A stretch of 64,000 nucleotides of DNA from contig JAWBMD010000001.1 in the NCBI GenBank assembly GCA_039000985.1, positions 1,877 through 65,876 of the forward strand, given 5' to 3'. Source of the stretch: Candidatus Aenigmatarchaeota archaeon. Lineage in GTDB: Archaea > Aenigmatarchaeota > Aenigmatarchaeia > CG10238-14 > SpSt-28. The translations under genes and the position numbers were made by a program. Shown one piece after another: positions 1 to 8,867 of the stretch. The notes below the pieces were generated by a model, which was not told the origin of the DNA, did no database searches, and was given only the letters and a program-made list of their open reading frames with translations. The stretch's first letter is position 1. Every line of letters starts with the position of its first letter.

Positions 1-192
1 TGTAAAGACGCTTTTGAGTGCATATATGTTTGTCCAGTAGCTGCTATTCAAAAATCTTCAGAAGCACCAGAAGAAGCTAAAGGAAAGTCCTGGTTTACTT
101 TTGAAAGAAAGCTTTCTGCACAAGAAAAAAAAGAGTTCGAGGAATGGAAAGCAAAATTCAATATAAAAAGTGGACCAGAAAAATTTAGCTGA
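1..192 (+). CDS. 3' end of a 4Fe-4S ferredoxin-domain protein (partial, enters from upstream of the window)
   Basis: Frame-1 translation CKDAFECIYVCPVAAIQ... contains a CxxxxxC...CP ferredoxin-type cysteine motif and stops at TGA 190-192. Confidence 0.45.
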   Translation, partial: CKDAFECIYVCPVAAIQKSSEAPEEAKGKSWFTFERKLSAQEKKEFEEWKAKFNIKSGPEKFS

Positions 193-991
193 AAATATTT
201 TGTACGAGGGAGAGATAATAGATATAATCCAAGAAGCAATAAATGTAAAGTTGTTTAAAATAAAAATTAGTGAAAATTTTGTTTATTTGCCGGGACAATT
301 TATAAAGCTTTATTTCGATGAGGGTGAAATAATAAAATATGCTAAAGAAAGGTTGGAAAAAAATGAAATAAGTAAAGAAATTTTTGATAGAATTTGCGCG
401 AGAGCTAAAAAAACATTTAGAGAATATTCAATAACAAATTATCCAGGAGATAATTATATAGAAATTTTAGTGGAGAGAAATAATGAAGGTGGTTTTAGTC
501 CATTTTTTTACGATAAAGCTACAATAGGTTATAAAGTGAAATTTAGTGGAGCCTTTGGTAAGTTTGTTATAAACGAAAATGATGAAAAAATTTTGTTTTT
601 AGCGGCTGGTAGTGGAATTTCTCCTATAATTTGCCACATTAGATATTTGTTTAGGATTAATAAAAGTGGAAAATTCGTTTTGCTTTATAGCAATAAAACA
701 TTTCAACATATTTCTTTTAAAAAAGAGCTAGATTTTATCCAATCAAAATTTTCTTGCTTTAAAGTTTATTATACATTAACAAGATTAAATGAAGAAGAGA
801 AAAAAAGCTGGACCGGTTATTCAAGAAGAATTGATAAGGAAATGATAAAAGAAGTTTTGGAAACCAATGGAATTAATAGTGAGGATACAAAATTTTATGT
901 TTGTGGTGGTGGTGAATTTATTAAATCAATGATTTCTGAGATACGATCATTAGGATTTAAAAGAGAAAACATTAGAATGGAGGTTTATTGA
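170..991 (+). CDS. FNR-like FAD/NAD(P)-binding oxidoreductase (ferredoxin reductase-type, PyrK/sulfhydrogenase-gamma-like)
   Basis: RxYS-type FAD motif (REYSITNYP), GxGxxP NAD motif (LAAGSGISP), C-terminal CGGG motif. Apparent GTG start that overlaps the upstream ferredoxin ORF. Confidence 0.6.
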   Translation: MDQKNLAENILYEGEIIDIIQEAINVKLFKIKISENFVYLPGQFIKLYFDEGEIIKYAKERLEKNEISKEIFDRICARAKKTFREYSITNYPGDNYIEILVERNNEGGFSPFFYDKATIGYKVKFSGAFGKFVINENDEKILFLAAGSGISPIICHIRYLFRINKSGKFVLLYSNKTFQHISFKKELDFIQSKFSCFKVYYTLTRLNEEEKKSWTGYSRRIDKEMIKEVLETNGINSEDTKFYVCGGGEFIKSMISEIRSLGFKRENIRMEVY

Positions 992-1163
992 TATCTCCTA
1001 AATTTTTTAATTTTTCTTTCTTTTGTTGAAAACTGGTAAAAAATTTTTTAAATATTAATTTATGTTTGTTTAAAATTTTTATTAAATTTTCAATGTTTGA
1101 ATAGTTTTAAAAATTTTAACTTTTTAAACAAAAGATATTTAAATTTTAAATTTCAATCTATAA

Positions 1164-2027
1164 TTGGGTATGTTAGTAAAAAAAATATTGGCTATTTTAT
1201 TTGTAACAATAATACCAATAGCATTTGCTCAACCAAATACAGATAGCGCAACAGTAAATGTACAAGTTTCTTCACTAACAGCAATAGATATAAACCCAGC
1301 GATCTTTAACTTTAACAACATAGCACCAGGAACAAATAGTAGCGCATTATTCTTTCAACTAGAAAACATTGGCTCAACTAATATAACAACAGTTTATTCA
1401 GATGTTACAACAACAACAAGTAATCCATATGGAACTGGTTCTGCAAACAATTATAATGCTGGCGAGTTTGTTAGAATAGATAATTCAACAAATGGAAACT
1501 TTTACTATGTTGAGAATAAAAACTGGAACGAATCCAAACCATTATATGTGACAGCACCAAGTGGTTGGAGCGAGGGAAATCAAACAGGTGCATCTTGGGG
1601 GTATTTTGTAAGGGTAAGAAGTGTTGGTTTAGAAACTAATGAAGGAGAGGAATATTTTGCAATAACTAGGAATGGTACAGCGACAAGTTGCAATTCAGGT
1701 ACTCTTTATATAGGTAAAACACCTCACACAAAATCTCAAACAGGTACAATAGACTTAGGAGGAGGTGATGCAGCACAAATAACCTTAGATAATAATGGAA
1801 AAGGTTCTTTAGCGGGCGCGGGAATAAATACTATAATGGATTCACATACAGTATTAGTTAGCAGCGATTGCCGTGCAGTATCTCTTATATATTGGAAAAA
1901 TGAAAAATCTTTGATAGGAAGTAGATTATATCCAGGAGCAGCTGTAGATATGAGAATAATGGTTAGTGTTCCATACGGTGTAGCTCAGGGTACAATAACA
2001 GGAACATTGACTGTTATAGCTTCATAA
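1164..2027 (+). CDS. Secreted cell-surface protein (N-terminal signal peptide, Thr/Asn-rich, many N-x-S/T sequons)
   Basis: Hydrophobic N-terminus MGMLVKKILAILFVTIIPIAFAQ. Low-complexity extracellular-type composition. First gene of a co-directional surface-protein cluster. Confidence 0.45.
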   Translation: MGMLVKKILAILFVTIIPIAFAQPNTDSATVNVQVSSLTAIDINPAIFNFNNIAPGTNSSALFFQLENIGSTNITTVYSDVTTTTSNPYGTGSANNYNAGEFVRIDNSTNGNFYYVENKNWNESKPLYVTAPSGWSEGNQTGASWGYFVRVRSVGLETNEGEEYFAITRNGTATSCNSGTLYIGKTPHTKSQTGTIDLGGGDAAQITLDNNGKGSLAGAGINTIMDSHTVLVSSDCRAVSLIYWKNEKSLIGSRLYPGAAVDMRIMVSVPYGVAQGTITGTLTVIAS

Positions 2028-2058
2028 AACTTTTATTTTTTTCTACCAATATCTAATT

Positions 2059-4266
2059 GTGAAAGCATTAATAATATTAGCAGTTTTACTGTTTTTTTCT
2101 GTATCTTTTTCATTTCCAATAATAGAAAGTGTCGAGCTTTTACCTTCAAACAATATTTATATTGGAGAAAACTTAACAGTTTCTGTTAAATGCATAGATC
2201 CAAATAGCACCATATCTAGAGTTTATGTAAAGATTTATAGCAATAATTTAATATTTCCAACTTTGGATTTGGATTATTCAATTGTTGAAAATAAATATAA
2301 AAGAACTTTGGAGAATAGTTATTTTGATAGAGAAGATACTTTTAATGTTGCTGTTTATTGTTCTAATGAGGAGAATGAGGCAAATGTTACTTATTTAACT
2401 TTAAATGTTTCAAGAATTTCTTCCCAAATAATTGTTGAGAATTTATATTATGTTGGAGATGTTATAGAATTAATATTTGCTCCAATGATTAATAATGAAG
2501 TGGTAATGAGTGATATACCAAAGGTTTATTTAAATAATCAAGAAAAGCAGCTTAAGCAATTACCATTATTTAGAATTAATAGTGGTTGGATATTAAAAAT
2601 AGATGCTCCATCTTTAGAGGGAAGTTATGAATTAAAAATTATATCCAATTACAATAGAGCTATAATTCAAGGTTCAAAAATAATAACTATTAAAAAACCA
2701 TTTCAAATAGAGATATTTAATTTAAATAATCACTTAGCCAAGCCAAAAGAAGTTTTAACAGCTTATTTTAAAGCATCGTTAAAAGGTCAAAATGTTGAGC
2801 TTGATAAAGATAATGTAAGATTTTTTATTGGTGATTTAACTTTAAACATAACTGAATTTGGAAAGCAAGGAGATGTTTATTTTGCAAAAATTTCTATTCC
2901 AGATTTAACATCTTCTTCATATGAGTTAAAAATTATTATAAATTATAATGGTTATACTGTTTCTTCATCGAAGGGTATTTCTATTTTAACACCAATATCC
3001 ATTAATTTGCCTCCAGGAACACACATTGAATTTTTATCAAATTCATACAAGTTTTCTTTTGTTTCTAATAATGATGGTGTTGCAATTGGCTCAATAGTTT
3101 TAGGTAATTATGATGTTAAAGTATGGAATAATAAGGCAACTATAATTTTATATAATGCTAACATTAACAACACAGATAATCCAATAAATTTTAGAGAAGT
3201 TGATATAGAGGTTGAAGGTTTTAATAATGCTGGTAGTTACTTATTTGAAACATCATTAAGTTATGAAAGAGCTTATCTAGAACTTTTCTATGATGAAAAT
3301 AAGGTTTTAGACGAAAACAAAGTAAAAGCTTTTAAATGTAATTTCTTTAATTTTGCTATTGGAAAGTGCATTAGTAGTTGGATAGAATTAAATAATTTTA
3401 CTTTGGATACTGTTAAAAATGTTGTTAGAATTTTTACTGATTCGCTTTCTTTATTTTTAGTTGGTAGCGAGAAAAATTTGAATTTGGAATTTTCTTTCGA
3501 TAAGCAAAAATACGCATTGGAAGATTTAGTAAAATTTAGTGGTTATGTTGTTGATGAATGGAATAGTAGAATGAAAAATATTAACATAACAATTGAAGTA
3601 ATTGGAACAAATATAAAACATAAAACAATTACAAATAATGATGGAGTTTTTTCAGGTAGTTTTATTGCTCCAAATAAAGAAGGAGAATTTACAGTAACTG
3701 TTAGTGCAATTACAAGATTTTCAAAATTAACAAAAAATTATAAATTGCTTGTTGAAAGAAAAAAAGAGATGTTTATTATATTTCCAGATTCTGTAAAAGT
3801 TAGTTTTGGAAAATTTGTTGAAGCAGAAATTACTATTAAAAATACTGGACAAGCAAATTTAACAAACATAACTATTGAAATAGAAGGTATTCCAAAAGAA
3901 TATTATAGAATAGATAATTCAACAATAGAATTTTTGGAAACTGGAAAAGATTTCAATACAAAAGTAATTTTTGAATTACCAATAAAACTAAATGAATCTT
4001 ACTTGCTAGCAAAAATAAAAGCAGTTAGTAATGAAGCGTTATATGAAAAATCTTTTGGTTTTTCGATAATTAAAGAGGAGCAAATAATAACAGCTAGGGT
4101 TGTTGAAATACCAAAAGTAAATATTTCTCAAGATTGGTTAATTATTTTAGGAATATTTTTAATATTTTTTTCATTTTTGCTTGGAAGAATTAGAAAAAGT
4201 AGAGAGAAAAGGAATATAAGTGAATTAAAGGAAGAAATAGAAAAAGCTTTAAGCAAAAATAAATGA
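2059..4266 (+). CDS. Large surface glycoprotein-like protein with signal peptide, internal repeats and a C-terminal TM anchor plus basic tail
   Basis: N-terminal signal sequence. Repeated SYELKII motifs. Numerous N-x-S/T sequons. C-terminal LIILGIFLIFFSFLLGRIRKSREKR anchor. Confidence 0.5.
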   Translation: MKALIILAVLLFFSVSFSFPIIESVELLPSNNIYIGENLTVSVKCIDPNSTISRVYVKIYSNNLIFPTLDLDYSIVENKYKRTLENSYFDREDTFNVAVYCSNEENEANVTYLTLNVSRISSQIIVENLYYVGDVIELIFAPMINNEVVMSDIPKVYLNNQEKQLKQLPLFRINSGWILKIDAPSLEGSYELKIISNYNRAIIQGSKIITIKKPFQIEIFNLNNHLAKPKEVLTAYFKASLKGQNVELDKDNVRFFIGDLTLNITEFGKQGDVYFAKISIPDLTSSSYELKIIINYNGYTVSSSKGISILTPISINLPPGTHIEFLSNSYKFSFVSNNDGVAIGSIVLGNYDVKVWNNKATIILYNANINNTDNPINFREVDIEVEGFNNAGSYLFETSLSYERAYLELFYDENKVLDENKVKAFKCNFFNFAIGKCISSWIELNNFTLDTVKNVVRIFTDSLSLFLVGSEKNLNLEFSFDKQKYALEDLVKFSGYVVDEWNSRMKNINITIEVIGTNIKHKTITNNDGVFSGSFIAPNKEGEFTVTVSAITRFSKLTKNYKLLVERKKEMFIIFPDSVKVSFGKFVEAEITIKNTGQANLTNITIEIEGIPKEYYRIDNSTIEFLETGKDFNTKVIFELPIKLNESYLLAKIKAVSNEALYEKSFGFSIIKEEQIITARVVEIPKVNISQDWLIILGIFLIFFSFLLGRIRKSREKRNISELKEEIEKALSKNK

Positions 4267-5510
4267 AAAAAGTCTTATTTTTATTGTTTCTTATTTTTAT
4301 ATCTCTCTCAAAATCAGAAAGCTATATAAATGTTTCCATTGCAGAAAAAGACGATTTAGTAATAAGGCTATCTTTTAAGCCAGTTATATACATTGGATTG
4401 CTTCAAATAGGAAATCAAACTTTTTTAAATTTAACAGATATTCAAGTAATTCATTCAGAAATAATAAATATTGGTAGCACTAATTTGACAATAAAAAATT
4501 TTCTTTTAGAAATTTTATTTTTTGAAGGGGGAAGATTTATTCAACTAGCTAATTATACTGATTATTTTTTACCATCAAACTTGCTTCCAGGACAAAAACA
4601 TTATTTTAATGCAAGTTATGCTCCAGATAGATTGGGTGTGCATTACATAAGAGCTACTATTGAATATAATAACAGAAGAGCTATAGCTTTTGGAATTTTT
4701 TCTGTATTGTTGCCACCAATAATAGTTCCAGTACAACAACCACCAATCACAAGAGAAGTTCTTATTCCAAAGATAATTCATTTAAAACCACCGGTTTTGC
4801 AAATAATAGCACCAAATACAATTGATATGTTTAAAGGTGGGAATGAAAGTATTGTAATAATAGTGAAAAATGTTGGTGAAAGAGAAGCTTTTAGTTTAAG
4901 ACCTCATGTTTCAATACCAAAGCAGTTTGACTTTTCAATAGCTCCATTATATGTAGCTATTTTAAAACCAAATGAGTCAGTACCTTTTTTGTTAGCTTTA
5001 CATGTTGATAAAAATGCTTTAGAAGGAGTTTATCCAGTATCTTTTGAAATTGTTGCGAATGAGACATCAGCATCCAAAACTATTTATGTAAATGTAAGAG
5101 AATTACCTAAAATAATAGATTTTTGTGAAGATGCAAGAAATAAAATTTTAAGTTTTGAATTTATGTTAGTTTTGATAAGGTCGAGAATTTATTCATTTTA
5201 TTTAAAAGGAGCTGATGTTAAATCTGTTAATGATACTGTTATTATAATAGAAAGCAATATAACTAAAGCTAAAATTTTAGTTGATGAAAATAAATGTTTA
5301 GAAGCTTTACAAGTTTTGGAAGAGGTTAGAGTTTTAATAGAAAGAGTTTTGATAGAATTAGAAACAATATTGTTGATTCCAAAATATGTCCCAGGTTATT
5401 TCTTTATAATAGCTATTTGCTTAATAGTATTTGTTCCAATATTTGTTTTTATTTTGGTAAAGAGAAGAAAAAGAAGGCCAAAATTATTAAAACATTTGAA
5501 AGTTGAATAA
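4263..5510 (+). CDS. Surface-anchored protein (signal peptide, C-terminal TM plus RRKRRPK tail)
   Basis: Signal peptide MKKVLFLLFLIFISLS. C-terminal TM IIAICLIVFVPIFVFILV followed by KRRKRRPKLLKHLKVE. The last 30 nt plus 3'UTR are duplicated 962 bp downstream. Confidence 0.5.
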   Translation: MKKVLFLLFLIFISLSKSESYINVSIAEKDDLVIRLSFKPVIYIGLLQIGNQTFLNLTDIQVIHSEIINIGSTNLTIKNFLLEILFFEGGRFIQLANYTDYFLPSNLLPGQKHYFNASYAPDRLGVHYIRATIEYNNRRAIAFGIFSVLLPPIIVPVQQPPITREVLIPKIIHLKPPVLQIIAPNTIDMFKGGNESIVIIVKNVGEREAFSLRPHVSIPKQFDFSIAPLYVAILKPNESVPFLLALHVDKNALEGVYPVSFEIVANETSASKTIYVNVRELPKIIDFCEDARNKILSFEFMLVLIRSRIYSFYLKGADVKSVNDTVIIIESNITKAKILVDENKCLEALQVLEEVRVLIERVLIELETILLIPKYVPGYFFIIAICLIVFVPIFVFILVKRRKRRPKLLKHLKVE

Positions 5511-5527
5511 ATGCTTTTTGGTAAAAT
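5470..5527. repeat. Direct repeat copy 1 (58 bp, ~93% identical to 6432-6489); spans the stop codon of the 4263-5510 gene
   Basis: aaagaaggccaaaattattaaaacatttgaaagttgaataaatgctttttggtaaaat versus copy 2 aaagaaagccaaaattgttaagacatttgaaagttgaataaatgctttttggtagaat. Confidence 0.8.
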
Positions 5528-6007
5528 TTGTTCACAACATATACTTAAAATAAGATGGATATGTTTAAAACCTCTTTTTTTATAAATGATCTTTTACTAA
5601 TTTAGTTTATATCTAAAGATATAGTGATTATAAAAATAATTATATATAGTGATATTAGCTATAGTCTGGTATTTTCTTTAGAGTAATATTTGGAGTAGAT
5701 TCACATGGTTTGAGAATTTGTAAAAGGAGCTTTAATTAGTGAATGCACGAATTCTAAATTATTCCTATGGTTTGCTAACAAGTTAAGTAAAATATCAGTT
5801 GAATATCGTTCGGCAAAAATGTTAGCTAAACTTGGTCTTAAAGGTGTTTTAACTTCAGATGATAATGGTACTTTTAGTATAAGTTGTTCACAAATTAAAG
5901 ACATCTGTAATCTTGTAATCTTCATGGAATTTCTTAGTAAGTTAGTCAAATCTTCTATATCAAAGATTTATTTTTTGCATTTATGTAATGGTTTTTATAT
6001 TTAATTT

Positions 6008-6379
6008 ATGTCTGATGGTTTATTATTTAAAATAGTAACTTCATCAAAAATTGTATGGATAGTAGGAGTAATTCTACTGGTAGCTCTGATAATGGTTATT
6101 TTAAATAGAGTTATTTACTTTCCTAAAAGTTGTGTCTACTATGATGAACGTATATGTTTATCGTCTTTAAGAGTTGGGTGTGGAATTTGTGAAATAACTG
6201 ATGGGTGGAAGAATGAATATATTACAGTAGATATAAGAGGTTGTTCCAGAGAAATATTATCAGATTATTTAAGTCCTAGCTTAGCTAAGGATCCTGATGC
6301 AAATTGTACAACTATTTATAAATGTGGTGAGCTTAAGGACTTTTGTAGGTGGTACGGATTTAATGTATCCGATGTATAG
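6008..6379 (+). CDS. Small membrane-anchored cysteine-rich hypothetical protein (cargo of the repeat-flanked cassette)
   Basis: N-terminal TM VWIVGVILLVALIMVIL followed by a Cys-rich domain with 8 Cys. The region looks less AT-rich than its surroundings. Confidence 0.35.
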   Translation: MSDGLLFKIVTSSKIVWIVGVILLVALIMVILNRVIYFPKSCVYYDERICLSSLRVGCGICEITDGWKNEYITVDIRGCSREILSDYLSPSLAKDPDANCTTIYKCGELKDFCRWYGFNVSDV

Positions 6380-6431
6380 ATATCTTTATAACTAAGGAAT
6401 TTGTTTATTCCGATATTTCTTTTTATTTTAA

Positions 6432-6489
6432 AAAGAAAGCCAAAATTGTTAAGACATTTGAAAGTTGAATAAATGCTTTTTGGTAGAAT
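6432..6489. repeat. Direct repeat copy 2 (58 bp), closing a ~0.96-kb cassette
   Basis: Four mismatches to copy 1 and no indels. Flanking sequence is unrelated on both sides. Confidence 0.8.
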
Positions 6490-6654
6490 AAAGCAAAAAA
6501 GTTTTTTTATTTAGGGTTTAAATGTTTATAATTGTAATATAAATTTGAACCATATGGTAAAAATGATTGAACTTATCACAAATAAGCCAAAAGCTTTCTT
6601 TTTACTTATCCAACTCATGAGTTTTCTCAAACTACTTTAATATCGAAACTAAAA

Positions 6655-7092
6655 ATGGCAAAGCCAACAGTAATCAAAGCATTAAATTATTTAGAGAAAA
6701 ATAATTTAGTTTTAACAAAAAGAGTTGGTAGGGTAAAGTTTTACAGATTAAATAGGCATAGCTTTTTTGTATTTCAATTGAAAAAACTTTTTAATTTTAC
6801 TTCCAATATCCTACTTGAATTAATAGAGAAATTGAAAGAAGCTAAGAAGATAATAGTTTTCGGATCTTATGCGAGGGGTGAGGATGTTGAAGAGTCAGAT
6901 ATAGATGTGCTTGTAGTTACAGATATAAAAGATGAGTTTGTTCAGAAAGTTGCTTCATCACTTTCTCGCAAGTATGGAAAAAGGTTAGCATTCATTACAC
7001 GCACACCAGAAGAGTATGTAAAAATGGTAGATAAAGAAAGGGAATTGTTGGAAAGAGCAGTGCTTCAAGGTGTGATAATTCATGAGGCTTGA
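6655..7092 (+). CDS. Minimal nucleotidyltransferase (MNT) antitoxin-like protein with N-terminal winged-helix extension
   Basis: GSxxxG...DxD NTase motif GSYARGEDVEESDIDVLVV. Immediately followed by a HEPN gene. Confidence 0.65.
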   Translation: MAKPTVIKALNYLEKNNLVLTKRVGRVKFYRLNRHSFFVFQLKKLFNFTSNILLELIEKLKEAKKIIVFGSYARGEDVEESDIDVLVVTDIKDEFVQKVASSLSRKYGKRLAFITRTPEEYVKMVDKERELLERAVLQGVIIHEA

Positions 7093-7177
7093 TTTCGAAG
7101 CTTGTTTAAAGAAATGAAAACTTGTTAAAATAAAGCCAGATAAAGAGCTTGCGCTTATTGAATTAAAGGAGGCAAAA

Positions 7178-7444
7178 TTGGATTTAGTAAGCGCTCAAGA
7201 AGAAATTAAGAAAAAGAGCTGGAAGTGGTCTGTTGAGAAAGCTTATTATGCAATGTTTCACGCATCTAGAAGTCTTTTGTTGTTAAAGGGTTATAAGGAG
7301 AGAAGACATCGTTGCTTGCTTATAGGATTAAAAGAACTTTTTGTTAAGACAGCGCAAATATCTCAGGAATATTTTGATTTTATAGAAACTGCTAAATTTA
7401 GGAGGAAGACGCTATTTATACTTCACGATATAATGAAGAAATAG
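7178..7444 (+). CDS. HEPN-domain protein (toxin partner of MNT)
   Basis: Small all-helical protein with an AYYAMFHASRSLL...KERRHRC region resembling an HEPN R-x(n)-H motif. Sits in an MNT-HEPN gene pair arrangement. Confidence 0.55.
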   Translation: MDLVSAQEEIKKKSWKWSVEKAYYAMFHASRSLLLLKGYKERRHRCLLIGLKELFVKTAQISQEYFDFIETAKFRRKTLFILHDIMKK

Positions 7445-7509
7445 CAGTAACACATGTAAATAATGCAGCTAAATTTATTCAAATGGCTGAAAAGCTTATA
7501 AAATTTTTA

Positions 7510-7584
7510 TGCCCCAGGCGGGATTTGAACCCGCGACCTACGCCTTAGGAGGGCGCCGCTCTATCCAAACTGAGCTACTGGGGC
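7510..7584 (-). tRNA. tRNA-Arg (anticodon CCU)
   Basis: Reverse complement folds as a cloverleaf: acceptor GCCCCAG/CTGGGGC, anticodon stem GCGCC/GGCGT, loop CTCCTAA, T-arm GCGGG-TTCAAAT-CCCGC. 75 nt, discriminator A. Confidence 0.85.
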
Positions 7585-7889
7585 TTTGGTCTTGTTGGAT
7601 ATCTATATATTTTTCCACATTCTTTACAAATAATTTTTACTATCTTTTTTCTTCTTTCTATTCTAACAATTGAAGTATAGCCAGGAATTAAAATTGTATT
7701 ACAATTTTTACAAAAAGTTCTTTTAAGTTTTCTTAATCTAAAGTTAGCTCTCATACCTATTTCTCTAGCTAATTGAACATATCTTCTCGAAAGCTCTGGA
7801 TTTTCTTTTAGCTTTTCTTTTGCTAATTTTAACAATATTTCTATTCTTTCTTTTGCTATTCTTTTAATATTTCTTTCTGTCGATTTCAT
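7575..7889 (-). CDS. rnp4: RNase P protein component 4 (Rpp21/Rnp4)
   Basis: Basic N-terminal helices plus zinc ribbon CKNCNTILIPG...CKECG typical of Rpp21. The 3' end overlaps the tRNA-Arg 5' end by ~8 nt. Confidence 0.7.
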   Translation of the reverse strand: MKSTERNIKRIAKERIEILLKLAKEKLKENPELSRRYVQLAREIGMRANFRLRKLKRTFCKNCNTILIPGYTSIVRIERRKKIVKIICKECGKIYRYPTRPKPQ

Positions 7890-8454
7890 AGTTTATAATT
7901 GTTATACAGGCATAAGCTAAATATTCTATTTTACCAAGCGATACTTTGTCTTTTATATATCTTTCCAAAAATAGCTCAGTTTTTTCTGGTATGCCTTTAT
8001 TATCACCAATTATAAAAACAGAGTTTTCTTTAAAGTTAAATTCTTTTACATCTTTCCCTTCTTTTGTTAAATAATATAAGTCAAAGCCATTTTCAGATTT
8101 TTCTTTTACTATTTGCTCAAAACTTTTTTTAGATACTTTTATTCCAGGTTCACTTTCTACTTCAAAATTTTGGTTAAGTTTTCTTAAAGCTATTTTTATA
8201 TGGCTAGCTATATTTCTTTCATCTGGGTAAACATTTTTTAATTTGTTTGTATCAAAGCAAATTGTTACTGGTGGATTTGGAGGTCCATTTAGATTCAAAT
8301 ATATTTTAACATCTTTTCTAAGTGAAAAAGATAAAAAAATGGCATTAGTTACACACCTACAAGCAATGTCCATTCTGCCAGCATCTGGTAAACTATTTAA
8401 GCTAAAATTTGGGGTTGTTACTGCGTTATTTAATCTTACTAAGAATTCTCCCAC
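7864..8454 (-). CDS. trmY: tRNA (pseudouridine54-N1)-methyltransferase TrmY-like (SPOUT, DUF358)
   Basis: Similarity pattern to the COG1901/TrmY family (IFLSFSLRKD...LNGPPNPP). Confidence 0.55.
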   Translation of the reverse strand: MGEFLVRLNNAVTTPNFSLNSLPDAGRMDIACRCVTNAIFLSFSLRKDVKIYLNLNGPPNPPVTICFDTNKLKNVYPDERNIASHIKIALRKLNQNFEVESEPGIKVSKKSFEQIVKEKSENGFDLYYLTKEGKDVKEFNFKENSVFIIGDNKGIPEKTELFLERYIKDKVSLGKIEYLAYACITIINYEIDRKKY

Positions 8455-8480
8455 AAATATAAAATTTTTAGAAAAATATT

Positions 8481-8867
8481 ATGGAAGATTATTATGATTT
8501 GCTAGAAAAGGCTTTTGAAAAAGTAAGAGGAGGAAAAGATGGTACTAGATTTAAAATTCCAGAAGTTAAAGTCAATATTATCAAAAATAAAACTATTATA
8601 GAGAATTTCTCGGAAATAATTAGTATATTAAGAAGAAATGAAGAAGATTTATTAAAATTTTTTTCTAAAGAGCTTGGAGCAGCAGTAAATCTTGATTCAG
8701 CAAAACTTATAATTAACAAAATTGTAAAAAAGGAAGTTTTAGATGAAAAATTGAAAAAATTTGTAGAGGAATATGTTTTGTGTAAGCATTGTAAAAACCC
8801 AGATACCAAAATAGAAAATAAAAAAATTATTTGTGAGGCATGTGGTGCAAGCTATGTTTTGGTCTAA
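8481..8867 (+). CDS. eif2b: Translation initiation factor aIF2 beta subunit
   Basis: C-terminal zinc ribbon CKHC...CEACG and the N-terminal helical aIF2beta pattern. Confidence 0.75.
   Translation: MEDYYDLLEKAFEKVRGGKDGTRFKIPEVKVNIIKNKTIIENFSEIISILRRNEEDLLKFFSKELGAAVNLDSAKLIINKIVKKEVLDEKLKKFVEEYVLCKHCKNPDTKIENKKIICEACGASYVLV

Noticed and set aside
5701-6004. Two mutually overlapping small ORFs (5701-5949 minus, 5819-6004 plus) inside the repeat-flanked cassette.
   Set aside because: At most one can be real and neither has recognisable features. Kept only as part of the cassette description.
5470-6489. Considered whether the 58-bp repeat pair is a diversity-generating retroelement VR/TR pair. 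One copy lies at the 3' end of a surface-protein gene, and three of the four mismatches are A-to-G.
   Set aside because: No reverse transcriptase (no YxDD-containing ORF) anywhere in the window. The repeat is short and spans the stop codon and 3' UTR rather than lying inside a variable C-terminal domain. One mismatch goes the opposite way (G in copy 1, A in copy 2). An att-like duplication fits better.
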